Source of the DNA: Balneolales bacterium
GTDB lineage: Bacteria > Bacteroidota > Rhodothermia > Balneolales > Natronogracilivirgulaceae
Direction: 5' to 3'
Assembly (NCBI GenBank): GCA_007120555.1
Contig: SKNL01000196.1
Span: 1-25,136 of the forward strand
Length of the DNA stretch: 25,136 nucleotides
Position 1 is the stretch's first letter; the number at the start of each line of letters is the position of its first letter. Made by a program: the position numbers and the translations under genes. Of this stretch, positions 8,072 through 17,340 are shown one piece after another. The notes under the pieces were generated by a model that was not told the origin of the DNA, ran no database searches, and saw only the letters and a program-made list of their open reading frames with translations.

Positions 8072-9528
8072 GTCTGCAGCAGAAAGCATATCGCAGCGCC
8101 GGATGGAGCGGTATTGGCGGACTGGTATCCAACGGTCTGGAACTGCTCAAGTATATCGTGCTTGCGCGCATACTGACGCCCGGCGATTTCGGTTTGCTTG
8201 CCATGGCGATGGTTGTGATCAGCCTGGGGCGGATTTTTGCCGATGGCGGCACCAGCAATGCGGTAATCCATTTCCGAAGCCAATCGTCCCGGCAACTGTC
8301 GACCCTATACTGGATCAATATCGGCGCGGCAGCAGTGTTGTATCTGGTCATTTATGTTACGGCGCCTCTTTTTGCTGTTTTTTACGGAGAGCCGGAAGTC
8401 GGCCGGCTGCTGCGGGTCGGTGGTGCCATCCTGCCACTGTTTGCACTCGGGAATCTTTATGAGGTCTTGCTGCGCAAAAGACTTTCCTTCAAATATATAA
8501 CCGTTTCGGAAGGTATCAGTTCCCTGGCCGGTTTCATCACGGCAACCGTTCTTGCACTGTGGGGATTTGGCGTGTATTCGCTGATCTGGTCCCATATTGC
8601 GACGGCTGCAATAATGAGCATGATGTACATTGGCAACGGAATGCGGACCTGGAGGCCCTCCTTGTGTTTTTCACCCGGCGAGGTTCGCTCACATCTGAGC
8701 TTCGGGCTTTTCCAGATGGGCGAGCGCGGACTGAGTGTCTATTCCGCACGGATCGATCAACTTATCATCGGCCGTTTTTTCGGTGCTGAAGTTCTGGGAG
8801 CGTATCATCTGGCATACCATCTTGTGCTGTTTCCCATCACAAGATTCAGTGCCCTGCTCAACAGAGTGGCTTTTCCCGTGTTTTCAAGCCGCCAGGACGA
8901 CAATGCCGTACTGCGTAACGGCTATCTGAAGCTGATGCGTGCAATTATCTCACTGACCGGACCATTTTTTCTGGTGACGGCCCTTACTGCCCCCTGGCTG
9001 GTGTCGCTGCTGTTTGGCGGGGGCTGGCAGCTGGCATCGGCACTCATCCCGCTGATGGCGGCCATCGGCCTGCTGAGGATGGTGGGGAACCCGAGCGGCA
9101 ATATCGTGCTGGCGAAGGGACGGGCACGCCTCATGTTTCTTTGGAATCTCGGAACGGCAATCATCAACACCCTTGTCTTTCTGGCAGGGGCACAATACAG
9201 CGTTTTTGCACTCTTGTGGATGTATCTGGCAGCAAATGCCATGTATTTTGCACTGGGCCAATCCGTTATGGTCAACAAACTGATCGGTTTGTCATGGCCG
9301 CGTTTCCTTGGGGGTACTGCTTCCGTTGCGGGCATTCTTGCCATTTCCTGGGCGGTATCCATGGTCGGAAGGTGGTTCGCAGTCAGCAAAGGCCTGATGC
9401 TTTCCGACGTTGTAATGGTCGCAGTGATTGCCTTGCTGTTTGCAATGGTGTACTTTCCTTTAGTTTGGTGGACGCAGTCCGGTTTCATCCGCGAATTTCT
9501 GGATGCTGTCAAAAACCGGTCCGGATGA
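8068..9528 (+). CDS. wzx: MOP/Wzx polysaccharide flippase, WzxC-like
   Basis: MSLQQKAYRSAGWS...VLARILTPGDFGL, STLYWINI and FPVFS motifs with many TM segments. Start placed at ATG 8068. Confidence 0.9.
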   Translation: MSLQQKAYRSAGWSGIGGLVSNGLELLKYIVLARILTPGDFGLLAMAMVVISLGRIFADGGTSNAVIHFRSQSSRQLSTLYWINIGAAAVLYLVIYVTAPLFAVFYGEPEVGRLLRVGGAILPLFALGNLYEVLLRKRLSFKYITVSEGISSLAGFITATVLALWGFGVYSLIWSHIATAAIMSMMYIGNGMRTWRPSLCFSPGEVRSHLSFGLFQMGERGLSVYSARIDQLIIGRFFGAEVLGAYHLAYHLVLFPITRFSALLNRVAFPVFSSRQDDNAVLRNGYLKLMRAIISLTGPFFLVTALTAPWLVSLLFGGGWQLASALIPLMAAIGLLRMVGNPSGNIVLAKGRARLMFLWNLGTAIINTLVFLAGAQYSVFALLWMYLAANAMYFALGQSVMVNKLIGLSWPRFLGGTASVAGILAISWAVSMVGRWFAVSKGLMLSDVVMVAVIALLFAMVYFPLVWWTQSGFIREFLDAVKNRSG

Positions 9529-9610
9529 TCCCGGGCTCTTTCTCCCGATTCTTGAAAACCCGCGGTTGCCCTGTAATACGACCGGCGCCCAACCACACCA
9601 TGTACCTCTT

Positions 9611-9730
9611 TTTAAATGCCACATACTTCTTTTCAGTGTCATTTACCTTTTTCCACAGTAATTAATCTTTTTCCATTGTCATTCACCTCTTTTCATTGTC
9701 ATTTACCTCTTTTCATTGTGCGTTATCCTT
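9611..9730. repeat. Degenerate 20-bp tandem repeat, about 6 copies (consensus tttcattgtcatttacctct)
   Basis: Units at an exact 20-nt period: tttaaatgccacatacttct / tttcagtgtcatttaccttt / ttccacagtaattaatcttt / ttccattgtcattcacctct / tttcattgtcatttacctct / tttcattgtgcgttatcctt. Confidence 0.8.
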
Positions 9731-9761
9731 TGCACTGCAACTCCAAGAAATCCGTTTTTTC

Positions 9762-10922
9762 ATGTCACTGACTGTTGCACACAGTTTTCCCGTATGGCTT
9801 CCACAGACCCAGACCTGGCTGTACAATCAGGTGCGGTTCCTGCCGGATGATGTGACCTCCCATATCCTCTGCAAGGAGTTGCAGCATCAGGATCAGTTCC
9901 ACCTGTCCAACATCCATTCGCTTTCCGGCCCGGCGAATCGATTCACACGGCTGTCCACCCGGCTTTTCCGACACATCGACTACCATCTGTTTGTGCGGTA
10001 CAAATGCCATCGCCTGAAACCGGACATCCTCCATTCGCATTTTGGTCCGGTTGGATGGAAAAACCATCGTGTCATGCAACTGCCTCTCTCCTCCCGAACA
10101 AGAAAAACGAGGCAGGTGGTGACGTTTTACGGGCAGGATGTGGATCATCTCCCGAAAGTGAATCCGGCGTGGAAAAAACGGTACCAGGATATGTTCCAGC
10201 GGGTCGATCTGGTACTTTGCGAGGGTTCCTTCATGGCTGCAAAAGTACAGGCGCTGGGATGTCCGGCAGAGAAATTGCGTGTTCATCATCTTGGCGTTGA
10301 CCTGGACACCATCGCTTTTGAACCCAGGATGAAAAGCAGGGACGAGCCTTTTCGAGTGCTCATGGCAGCGGCTTTTCGTCCAAAAAAAGGATTCCTTTAT
10401 GGTTTGAAAGCGCTGGAACAGGTCGCCGAACACGTAAACCTGGAGGTTACTCTTGTGGGTGACGCCATTGATGACCCGGCATCTGTCATGGAAAAGCGAC
10501 ACATCCTCGCGTTTCTGGAGCAGTCACCGCTGGGCAAGCGGGTGAAACGGACCGGGTTCATGACAGCAAGAAAACTTTTTGAAACGGCGCGCTCGCATCA
10601 CATTTACCTTGCACCCAGTGTCACTGCCGAGGATGGTGACAGTGAAGGTGGCGCCCCTGTATCGCTTATTGAAATGGCAGCCGGCGGCATGCCTGTAGTA
10701 AGTTCAAATCATTGTGACATTCCGGATGTTATCCATCATGGCCATAGTGGTTTGCTGGCGGAAGAGCGGGATAGTGACGGAATCGCAACCTGCCTGAAAA
10801 AACTGATGTCCGACCCGGGGTCATGGGGGGCGATGACCCGGAATGCGCGATCTTTTCTGGAGAAGGAATATAATGCGGTCACACAGGGTGAAAAGTTGTA
10901 TCATCTTTATGGCATGCTGTAG
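9762..10922 (+). CDS. Glycosyltransferase family 4, WcaL-like
   Basis: PQTQTWLYNQ, HSHFG, VTFYGQD, HHLGVD, FRPKKG and DSEGGAPVSLIEMAAGGMPVVSSNHCDIP (EX7E). Confidence 0.9.
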   Translation: MSLTVAHSFPVWLPQTQTWLYNQVRFLPDDVTSHILCKELQHQDQFHLSNIHSLSGPANRFTRLSTRLFRHIDYHLFVRYKCHRLKPDILHSHFGPVGWKNHRVMQLPLSSRTRKTRQVVTFYGQDVDHLPKVNPAWKKRYQDMFQRVDLVLCEGSFMAAKVQALGCPAEKLRVHHLGVDLDTIAFEPRMKSRDEPFRVLMAAAFRPKKGFLYGLKALEQVAEHVNLEVTLVGDAIDDPASVMEKRHILAFLEQSPLGKRVKRTGFMTARKLFETARSHHIYLAPSVTAEDGDSEGGAPVSLIEMAAGGMPVVSSNHCDIPDVIHHGHSGLLAEERDSDGIATCLKKLMSDPGSWGAMTRNARSFLEKEYNAVTQGEKLYHLYGML

Positions 10923-10960
10923 AGGATATCACAAGGCATATCTCTTTTTTGCCAAATTAT

Positions 10961-12223
10961 ATGAGGCCTTCATTGTCCGGTAAAGAAAAAGAATATTATT
11001 ACAAAACGCGGATCCTTTTTATTTCTCACAGCGGTGAGTTGTATGGTGCGGAGCGGTCCTTGCTGACGCTGGTCTGTGGCCTGCAGCGGCTCGACAGGTA
11101 CGAGATCCTGGTCGTTGTTCCGGACGAAGGCCCTCTAGCCCGGGCGCTTGATGATAAGGATATTCCATTCCGGATCATTCCCTTCCTGCGCTGGATCGGA
11201 TTCCGGTATCATACTGTTGCAAGGCATTATCGCAGGATCAGGAACCGGTTTCTGCTTGGCCGGCTGGTGAGGGAAGCGGAACGCTGGATGCCCGATATCA
11301 TATACACCAACACCATCGCCACACCTGCGGGGGCTATGGCTGCTGAAAAGTTGTCGCCTCGGCCGTTGCATATCTGGCATGCCAGGGAGTTGCCCGGTGA
11401 CCGTTCTACAGGGTTCGGGCTTTTCGATTACGGTACGGAATCGTCGCTGCGTCTGATAGCCCGCACGAGTGACTGTTTCATCTGCAACTCCCGTTTTCTG
11501 CATGATCAGCTGGCGCCGCGGCTTCGGCGAGCGGCCGGACCTTCCAAAGAGCTTCGCACCGAAATCGTCTACAATGGCCTGGATACGGAAACGTATCATT
11601 CAGAGCCATCGGACCAGCTGGGAAAGCCGGCAGACGGAACAGGCACACCGCTTCGCATGATCATGGCTGGTGGCGTGAGCAGGGTCAAGCACTACGGCGA
11701 GGCCGTTGCGGCTGTCAAAATCCTGGAATTGGCGGGAGTATCCGTGCTGCTTGATATCTACGGGTCGGGTGATGATGAGGAGATGCGGAAGCTGGCAAAA
11801 GAGATTGAAGACGCCGGCCTGGAGAAAAGAGTTCAGCTGATGGGGTATCGCAGTGATCTGGGTGCCGAATACGCTCGGGCGGATTTACTGCTGATCACAT
11901 CCCGGATGGAAACATTCGGCCGTGTTGCCGTGGAAGCGATGCTGGCGGGATGTCCCGTTGTGAGCTCCGATGCCGGCGCGCTGCCTGAAATCGTACTGGA
12001 TGGTGAGACGGGGCTTGTATACCGGTCGGGCGAACCGGAACATCTCGTCCGACAGATCAGAAAACTTATCGACGATCCGTCGCTTCGCAACGCGATTATC
12101 AATCGGGCGCGGGAATATGCCGAAACTCATTTCTCAGCGGAGCGTCTCGTGACGGAAATCGACCGGATCCTCAGGGATCTGATCGCAGGAACCAAAACAA
12201 CCGGGGCTGATGATACAGGCTGA
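10961..12223 (+). CDS. Glycosyltransferase family 4
   Basis: ILFISHSGELYGAERSL, IYTNT, IWHARE, VYNG and ETFGRVAVEAMLAGCPVV (EX7E). The start could be ATG 10961 or TTG 10949. Confidence 0.9.
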   Translation: MRPSLSGKEKEYYYKTRILFISHSGELYGAERSLLTLVCGLQRLDRYEILVVVPDEGPLARALDDKDIPFRIIPFLRWIGFRYHTVARHYRRIRNRFLLGRLVREAERWMPDIIYTNTIATPAGAMAAEKLSPRPLHIWHARELPGDRSTGFGLFDYGTESSLRLIARTSDCFICNSRFLHDQLAPRLRRAAGPSKELRTEIVYNGLDTETYHSEPSDQLGKPADGTGTPLRMIMAGGVSRVKHYGEAVAAVKILELAGVSVLLDIYGSGDDEEMRKLAKEIEDAGLEKRVQLMGYRSDLGAEYARADLLLITSRMETFGRVAVEAMLAGCPVVSSDAGALPEIVLDGETGLVYRSGEPEHLVRQIRKLIDDPSLRNAIINRAREYAETHFSAERLVTEIDRILRDLIAGTKTTGADDTG

Positions 12224-13232
12224 AGCACAAGCTGAAAGCAAGTCCGGGCGCATCGCTGTCCTGCTCTCCACCTGCAATGGTGCCGGTTATCTGGTCCCTT
12301 TGCTTGAAAGTATTCAGGACCAGAGCTGCCCTCACTGGGATCTGTGGGTTCGTGATGACGGATCGACGGACGGTACGGTGGAAATCCTCGAGGAATTTGC
12401 CGGCAGATTGGCGCAAAAAACCCAAACCGGGACTGGCAGCCGGATGCATGTGATCCGTGGGGAAAACATCGGCATTGTCAGAAGTTTCTTCCATCTTCTC
12501 GGGCAGGCAGGCGATGCGTATGCTGGATACTCTTTCTGTGACCAGGATGATGTCTGGCTTCCTGAAAAACTGGAGCGCGCTGTGCGTGTCCTGAAACGGG
12601 ATGTGCCGTTTTTGTACCATGGGCGACAATGGCTGGTAGATCAGGAAAGCGGTGAAAAAATCCTGAGCCCCGTCCCGAAGAACGCAGGGTTTGCAAATGC
12701 CCTGATCCAGAACCAGGTAGTAGGATGCACCATGGTGATCAACACGCCGCTCAGGAACTGCGTCCTGGAGACGCTGCGGGCCGGCAGCGATGGCGATCCC
12801 TGTTCCGGAATTATCATGCACGACTGGTGGTGTTACCTGCTGGCAAGTGCCATCGGGCACATGCACTATGATCCGGAGCCCGTCATCCTGTTCCGCCGTC
12901 ACGAAGAGAGCACCACCCCTGTGGCCACCAGTTCCTTTCGGATCATCCGCAAGCGATTAACCGCCATGCGTAAACGTGACTGGTCGGTCGGACACATTGT
13001 GCGTCAGGCGAGGGCGCTGCAAAGACATTTCGCCCACCTCGAAAATCGTACGGACTCTGGTTTACGATGCCGGTTATCTGAATCAAACAGGCAGCTGCTG
13101 CATTCACTGCTCAATCTTCAATCAGCCACATTTTCCAGGCGTATCGGTTATCTGTTCACGGGAGAGCATAGCCGTATCGGAAAGATCGATACCACCGTTT
13201 TTCGCCTGCTTGTGCTTTTCAAGCGATTCTGA
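12210..13232 (+). CDS. Glycosyltransferase family 2 (rhamnosyltransferase-like)
   Basis: IAVLLSTCNG, RDDGSTDGT, FCDQDDVWLPEKL, GCTM, HDWW. Overlaps the upstream GT4 by 14 nt. Confidence 0.9.
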   Translation: MIQAEAQAESKSGRIAVLLSTCNGAGYLVPLLESIQDQSCPHWDLWVRDDGSTDGTVEILEEFAGRLAQKTQTGTGSRMHVIRGENIGIVRSFFHLLGQAGDAYAGYSFCDQDDVWLPEKLERAVRVLKRDVPFLYHGRQWLVDQESGEKILSPVPKNAGFANALIQNQVVGCTMVINTPLRNCVLETLRAGSDGDPCSGIIMHDWWCYLLASAIGHMHYDPEPVILFRRHEESTTPVATSSFRIIRKRLTAMRKRDWSVGHIVRQARALQRHFAHLENRTDSGLRCRLSESNRQLLHSLLNLQSATFSRRIGYLFTGEHSRIGKIDTTVFRLLVLFKRF

Positions 13233-13259
13233 GGTTGATCACGGGAACTGGATGCTGAT

Positions 13260-13598
13260 TCAGACCGCAATAGTTGCCGAAAGCGCATCCACAGCTGTTT
13301 GCTCCGAGCACATGCCCTGACGGTAGGCTCGTATCCAGTAGGAAACGCTCTTTCTGCGGTTTTTAACACCTGTGTCACAAGTGGAATAGAGTCCGAGCAG
13401 TTCATCGCGATACGCCTCCATATCAGACCGGATGACATTTCGCAACGCATCCGGAAGATCGTTCCAGCCAAACAGTGTGAAAATATCCGTTTCGTGGATC
13501 CGTTGATCGGTGAGCAGTGCCAGCCGGCGTGTGTTTGCCGTAATTTCAATGGAATGCTGTTTCTCTGCAGTGTGTGTGAGCGGGGTTGCCGTGTTCAT
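13260..13598 (-). CDS. Hypothetical protein, 112 aa
   Basis: GGAG RBS about 8 nt upstream of the ATG; fills the gap between the GT2 gene and the antiporter promoter region; helical, globular-looking sequence. No family recognised. Confidence 0.7.
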   Translation of the reverse strand: MNTATPLTHTAEKQHSIEITANTRRLALLTDQRIHETDIFTLFGWNDLPDALRNVIRSDMEAYRDELLGLYSTCDTGVKNRRKSVSYWIRAYRQGMCSEQTAVDALSATIAV

Positions 13599-13751
13599 TT
13601 TTATTCTCCGGTTTTGGGTTTCCTTGTTCGTTCAGAAGCAATGTAACGGCATGGTGTGACAACATAGTGACACCCATTATGAATTTATTTTCGGAAAAAA
13701 TAAAATTCGCCTGTTGCGGAGCTTGCCGTTAAAACTCCGGCACTTTTTTCT

Positions 13752-13759
13752 TATGTTTG
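13752..13759 (+). promoter_or_regulatory. Candidate FCB-type -7 box for the antiporter gene
   Basis: TATGTTTG matches TAnnTTTG, about 63 nt upstream of ATG 13823. Confidence 0.3.
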
Positions 13760-13822
13760 CATGCATGCCGCCGGTTGCCTTGCAGCACTGTTCCCGGCAT
13801 TCCTGCAGATACCCCTATACCC

Positions 13823-16369
13823 ATGCAACTGTCTGATTTTTTAACTCTTCCGTTCAGTGATCCCGTGCTGATATTTGCACTGGTGATGCTCATAATCCTG
13901 ACGGTGCCCCTGGTAGCCAGCAAGCTGAGGGTGCCCGCCATAGTCGGGCTCATCATAGCCGGGGCCCTGGTGGGACAAGGCGGATTGGGCTTTCTGGAAC
14001 GTGATGCCACCATCATATTGCTGGGCACGGTGGGATTGCTTTACCTGATGTTCATTGCCGGGGTATCCATTGATCTGGAAAAGTTCAGCAGGTCACGCGG
14101 ACAGAGCATTCTTTTCGGGGTGGCCTCATTTGGACTTCCGCTGGCCGGCAGTCTTTTGCTGGCACCACCGCTCCTGGGTTACTCAACGGAAAGCGCTCTG
14201 TTGCTGGGCGCCATTGTAGGCTCGCATACGCTTCTGGCCTATCCGATAGCCAACCGTCTTGGCATAGGAAAAAACAAGGCCGTTACGCTGAGTCTCGGGG
14301 CAACCATGGTGACAGATGCCCTTTCCCTTACCATACTGGCCATAGTTGCAGCAACCGTTCACGGAGATATAAACACGTACTTCTGGATCACTTTCATCGG
14401 TTCGGTGGCTGTCTATCTTGCGGTGGTGGTATTCATACTTCCCCGGCTTGGACGCTGGTTCTTCAGGAATGTCCGCGACCAGACCAACATAGAGTATGTC
14501 TTTTTGCTGACGGTCCTGTTCGTGACGGCGTATGCGGCCCAGCTTGTCGGCCTGGCCGCAATCATCGGGGCGTTTCTGGCCGGACTTAGCATGAACCGCC
14601 TGGTACCTGAAAACAGCACATTGATGAGCCGGGTACAGTTTGTCGGGAATGCGCTGTTTATCCCGTTTTTCCTGATTTCGGTAGGCATGCTGGTGGATGT
14701 AAGTGTGCTGACCTCTATGGAAGTCTGGCTTGTGGCCCTGCTCTTTTTCCTCCTGGTCATGGTAGGCAAATATCTGGCTGCCAAAGCGGGACAGCTATAT
14801 TTCCGGTTGACGCCGGATGAGGGCTGGGTCATGCTGGGCCTGACGAGTCCGCAGGCGGCGGCCACCCTTGCCGTGACCCTGATCGGTTTTGAGATCGGAC
14901 TTTTAGATGAGATGGCGGTCAATGCCGTGGTCATTCTGATTCTTGCCAGCTGCTTTGTGGGACCCTATCTGGTGGATCTGTACGGACGCCGTGTGGTCCT
15001 GGCTGAGGAAAAATCATCCCTCAAGGTCTCGGACTCCCCCGAACGTATCCTGGTGCCGCTGGCCAATCCGGATACGGCCGAGGCGCTCATGGATATCGCG
15101 ATCATGATTCGCGGTAAAAACAGCACCGAACCGATTTTTCCCCTGACCGTTGCGCGTGAGACACGTTATGTCGAAGCAGCCGTGGCATCGGGTGAGAAAA
15201 TGCTGAGCCATGCCGTGGTGCATGCGGCGGCGGCCGATGTTCCGGTCATTCCGGTTACCCGTGTGGATTACAATATAGCCTCGGGGATCATCCGTGCAAC
15301 ACGGGAGCTGCGCATATCGGATATCGTGATCGGCTGGAACGGGGTGATCACGGCGCGGCAGCGCATTTTCGGCACGGTACTGGATCAGCTGATGGAGCAG
15401 TCCGATGAGACCATCCTTGTTTCCAAAATCGATCAGCCCATCAATACCACCGAACGCGTGATCCTGGCTGTTCCTCCCATGTCCCAGTACGAACCGGGTT
15501 TTGGAGACAGCTTCCAGACCATCAAGAAGCTGATCAACCAGCTGGGTGCAAAGCTTGTTGTACTGGGAACCGAAAGCAATCTGAACATACTCAAACCTTT
15601 TATCGAGGAGCATAAGCCGGAGCTGTCGGCACAATACAAGATCGTCAGGAAATGGAACAAGGTGACGGATTCCATAGCCGGCCTCTACAACAATCGGGAC
15701 CTGGTGATACTGGTCAGTTCCCGTCGTGGAGGTGTTGCCTGGCAGCCGGCATTTGAGAGGCTTCCCGCCCAGATCATCAGGAATGTCAATCCTGAAAATT
15801 TCATCATTGTCTATCCGGCCGAAGTGGAGGAGCACAAAAAACCGCAAGCGGTACTCCGCTTCGACGCCTCCCCCCTGCTCCCTGACATTTCTGCCAACCA
15901 GATTTATATAGCTGCCGACGGCAAAGACGGGTACACCCAGGCCATTGAGAAAATGGTGTCCGGCCTGTATCCTGACCGGGCTGATGTCGGAACCGAGATT
16001 TCCCAGCAGCTGAAAGTCCTGGAACCGGAGAATCTGCCCAGCGATCTTCCCGGGGTGATGCTGACCCATCTGAGCACACATCATGTGAGCAAACCACTAC
16101 TTCTGCTTGCAATCAGTGAAGAGGGATTCCAGGTGGACACATTGGACGAGCCGGTACAGATCGTTTTCATCCTGCTCAGCCCCACTCATCTGAGTTTTCA
16201 GCGCAAGCTTTTGATTCTCAACAGGCTGGGACGCCTGATCGGGGGCGAAAAGACTAAAAAGAAGCTTGCCAAAGCCAAGAACATCGATGAAATCCGGAAG
16301 ACGCTGTCGGCAAAGCTCACTATTTTGCCGGGAAAAGAGTCGGAAGAAGAAACGGCCGGTGATTCCTAA
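13823..16369 (+). CDS. Cation:proton antiporter (CPA2/Na_H_Exchanger) fused to USP-like domains and a C-terminal PTS EIIA-like domain
   Basis: About 390 aa of TM domain with GTVGLLYLMFIAG, TMVTD and IIGAFLAGL; then ERILVPLANPDTAEALM (USP-like) and RVILAVPP; C-terminus GVMLTH...AISEEGFQVDTLDEPVQIVFILLSP...ILNRLGRLI (EIIA-2-like). Start placed at ATG 13823. Confidence 0.88.
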   Translation: MQLSDFLTLPFSDPVLIFALVMLIILTVPLVASKLRVPAIVGLIIAGALVGQGGLGFLERDATIILLGTVGLLYLMFIAGVSIDLEKFSRSRGQSILFGVASFGLPLAGSLLLAPPLLGYSTESALLLGAIVGSHTLLAYPIANRLGIGKNKAVTLSLGATMVTDALSLTILAIVAATVHGDINTYFWITFIGSVAVYLAVVVFILPRLGRWFFRNVRDQTNIEYVFLLTVLFVTAYAAQLVGLAAIIGAFLAGLSMNRLVPENSTLMSRVQFVGNALFIPFFLISVGMLVDVSVLTSMEVWLVALLFFLLVMVGKYLAAKAGQLYFRLTPDEGWVMLGLTSPQAAATLAVTLIGFEIGLLDEMAVNAVVILILASCFVGPYLVDLYGRRVVLAEEKSSLKVSDSPERILVPLANPDTAEALMDIAIMIRGKNSTEPIFPLTVARETRYVEAAVASGEKMLSHAVVHAAAADVPVIPVTRVDYNIASGIIRATRELRISDIVIGWNGVITARQRIFGTVLDQLMEQSDETILVSKIDQPINTTERVILAVPPMSQYEPGFGDSFQTIKKLINQLGAKLVVLGTESNLNILKPFIEEHKPELSAQYKIVRKWNKVTDSIAGLYNNRDLVILVSSRRGGVAWQPAFERLPAQIIRNVNPENFIIVYPAEVEEHKKPQAVLRFDASPLLPDISANQIYIAADGKDGYTQAIEKMVSGLYPDRADVGTEISQQLKVLEPENLPSDLPGVMLTHLSTHHVSKPLLLLAISEEGFQVDTLDEPVQIVFILLSPTHLSFQRKLLILNRLGRLIGGEKTKKKLAKAKNIDEIRKTLSAKLTILPGKESEEETAGDS

Positions 16370-16423
16370 GAGCGGTGTTCGGTCAGACGGTAACCGGTCA
16401 TCACGTGTTTCGTCGCGCCGCGA

Positions 16424-17317
16424 TCAATCATCGGGATAGATTGATTTTTTGGCGGCCAGCAATGTGTTTTTCATCAGCATGGCGACGGTCATGGGACCCA
16501 CGCCACCCGGCACCGGTGTGATGAGGCTGGCCTTTTCGGCTACGCTGTCAAAGTCGCAATCCCCGACAAGACGGTATCCCTTATCCGATTGGGAGTCGGC
16601 GACCCGGTTTATGCCGACATCGACCACGACCGCACCCTCGCGCACCATCGTACCGGTAATCAGACCCGGAGATCCCACGGCAACGATCAGGATATCCGCC
16701 TGGATGGTATGGCGTGTCAGGTCGCGGGTATACTTGTGGCAGAGGGTGGTAGTTGCCTTGCCGGCATCGTTTTCCCTTGAGAGCATGATGGCCAGCGGGG
16801 AACCGACGATATTGCTGGCGCCTACGACAACGGCATGGCGGCCTTTTGTCATAACGCTGTAATAGCGGAACAGCTCCAGGATACCAGCGGGGGTGCAGGA
16901 GCGGAACGTCGGCTGTCCAACCGCCAGACGTCCGACATTCATCGGGTGAAATCCATCCACATCCTTCCGGTGGTCAATGGTTTCGAGAACCTGGTCAGGA
17001 TGGAGGTGTCCGGGCAGGGGCAGTTGCAGCAGGATGCCGTCAATGCTGTCGTCCTCATTGTAGCTTTTAATGGCCTCCTTGAGTTCCCTGATGGATATGG
17101 TATCAGGGAAAATTGCCGTTTCGGATTCGATTCCGACCTCTTTGCAGGCGCGGGTTTTGGCACCAACGTAGGTCCGGGATCCCGGGTCGTTGCCGATCAG
17201 GATGGCCTGAAGCATGGGGGGACGATTGCCCCTGCCGACCCACTCCCTGACGTCATCGCGGACCTGTTGCCTCAGAATTTCCGCTACTTTCTTGCCGTCG
17301 ATAATATTTCTGGACAT
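16424..17317 (-). CDS. folD: Bifunctional methylenetetrahydrofolate dehydrogenase/cyclohydrolase
   Basis: GILLQLPLP, KDVDGFHPMNVG, CTPAGI, GASNIVG, DVGINR and ITPVPGGVGPMTVAML. Confidence 0.98.
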   Translation of the reverse strand: MSRNIIDGKKVAEILRQQVRDDVREWVGRGNRPPMLQAILIGNDPGSRTYVGAKTRACKEVGIESETAIFPDTISIRELKEAIKSYNEDDSIDGILLQLPLPGHLHPDQVLETIDHRKDVDGFHPMNVGRLAVGQPTFRSCTPAGILELFRYYSVMTKGRHAVVVGASNIVGSPLAIMLSRENDAGKATTTLCHKYTRDLTRHTIQADILIVAVGSPGLITGTMVREGAVVVDVGINRVADSQSDKGYRLVGDCDFDSVAEKASLITPVPGGVGPMTVAMLMKNTLLAAKKSIYPDD

Positions 17318-17340
17318 GGAGAAGGGCCACCTCAGCCGTT

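Noticed and set aside
9460-9642. 60-aa minus-strand ORF starting inside the repeat array
   Set aside because: Its SD-like motif and ATG come from the repeat unit itself, and it overlaps the wzx 3' end in antisense; not supported as a gene.
9611-9730. CRISPR interpretation of the 20-bp repeats
   Set aside because: Units are contiguous with no unique spacers, are degenerate, and no cas genes are present.
15014-16084. 356-aa minus-strand ORF
   Set aside because: Antisense shadow inside the antiporter gene.
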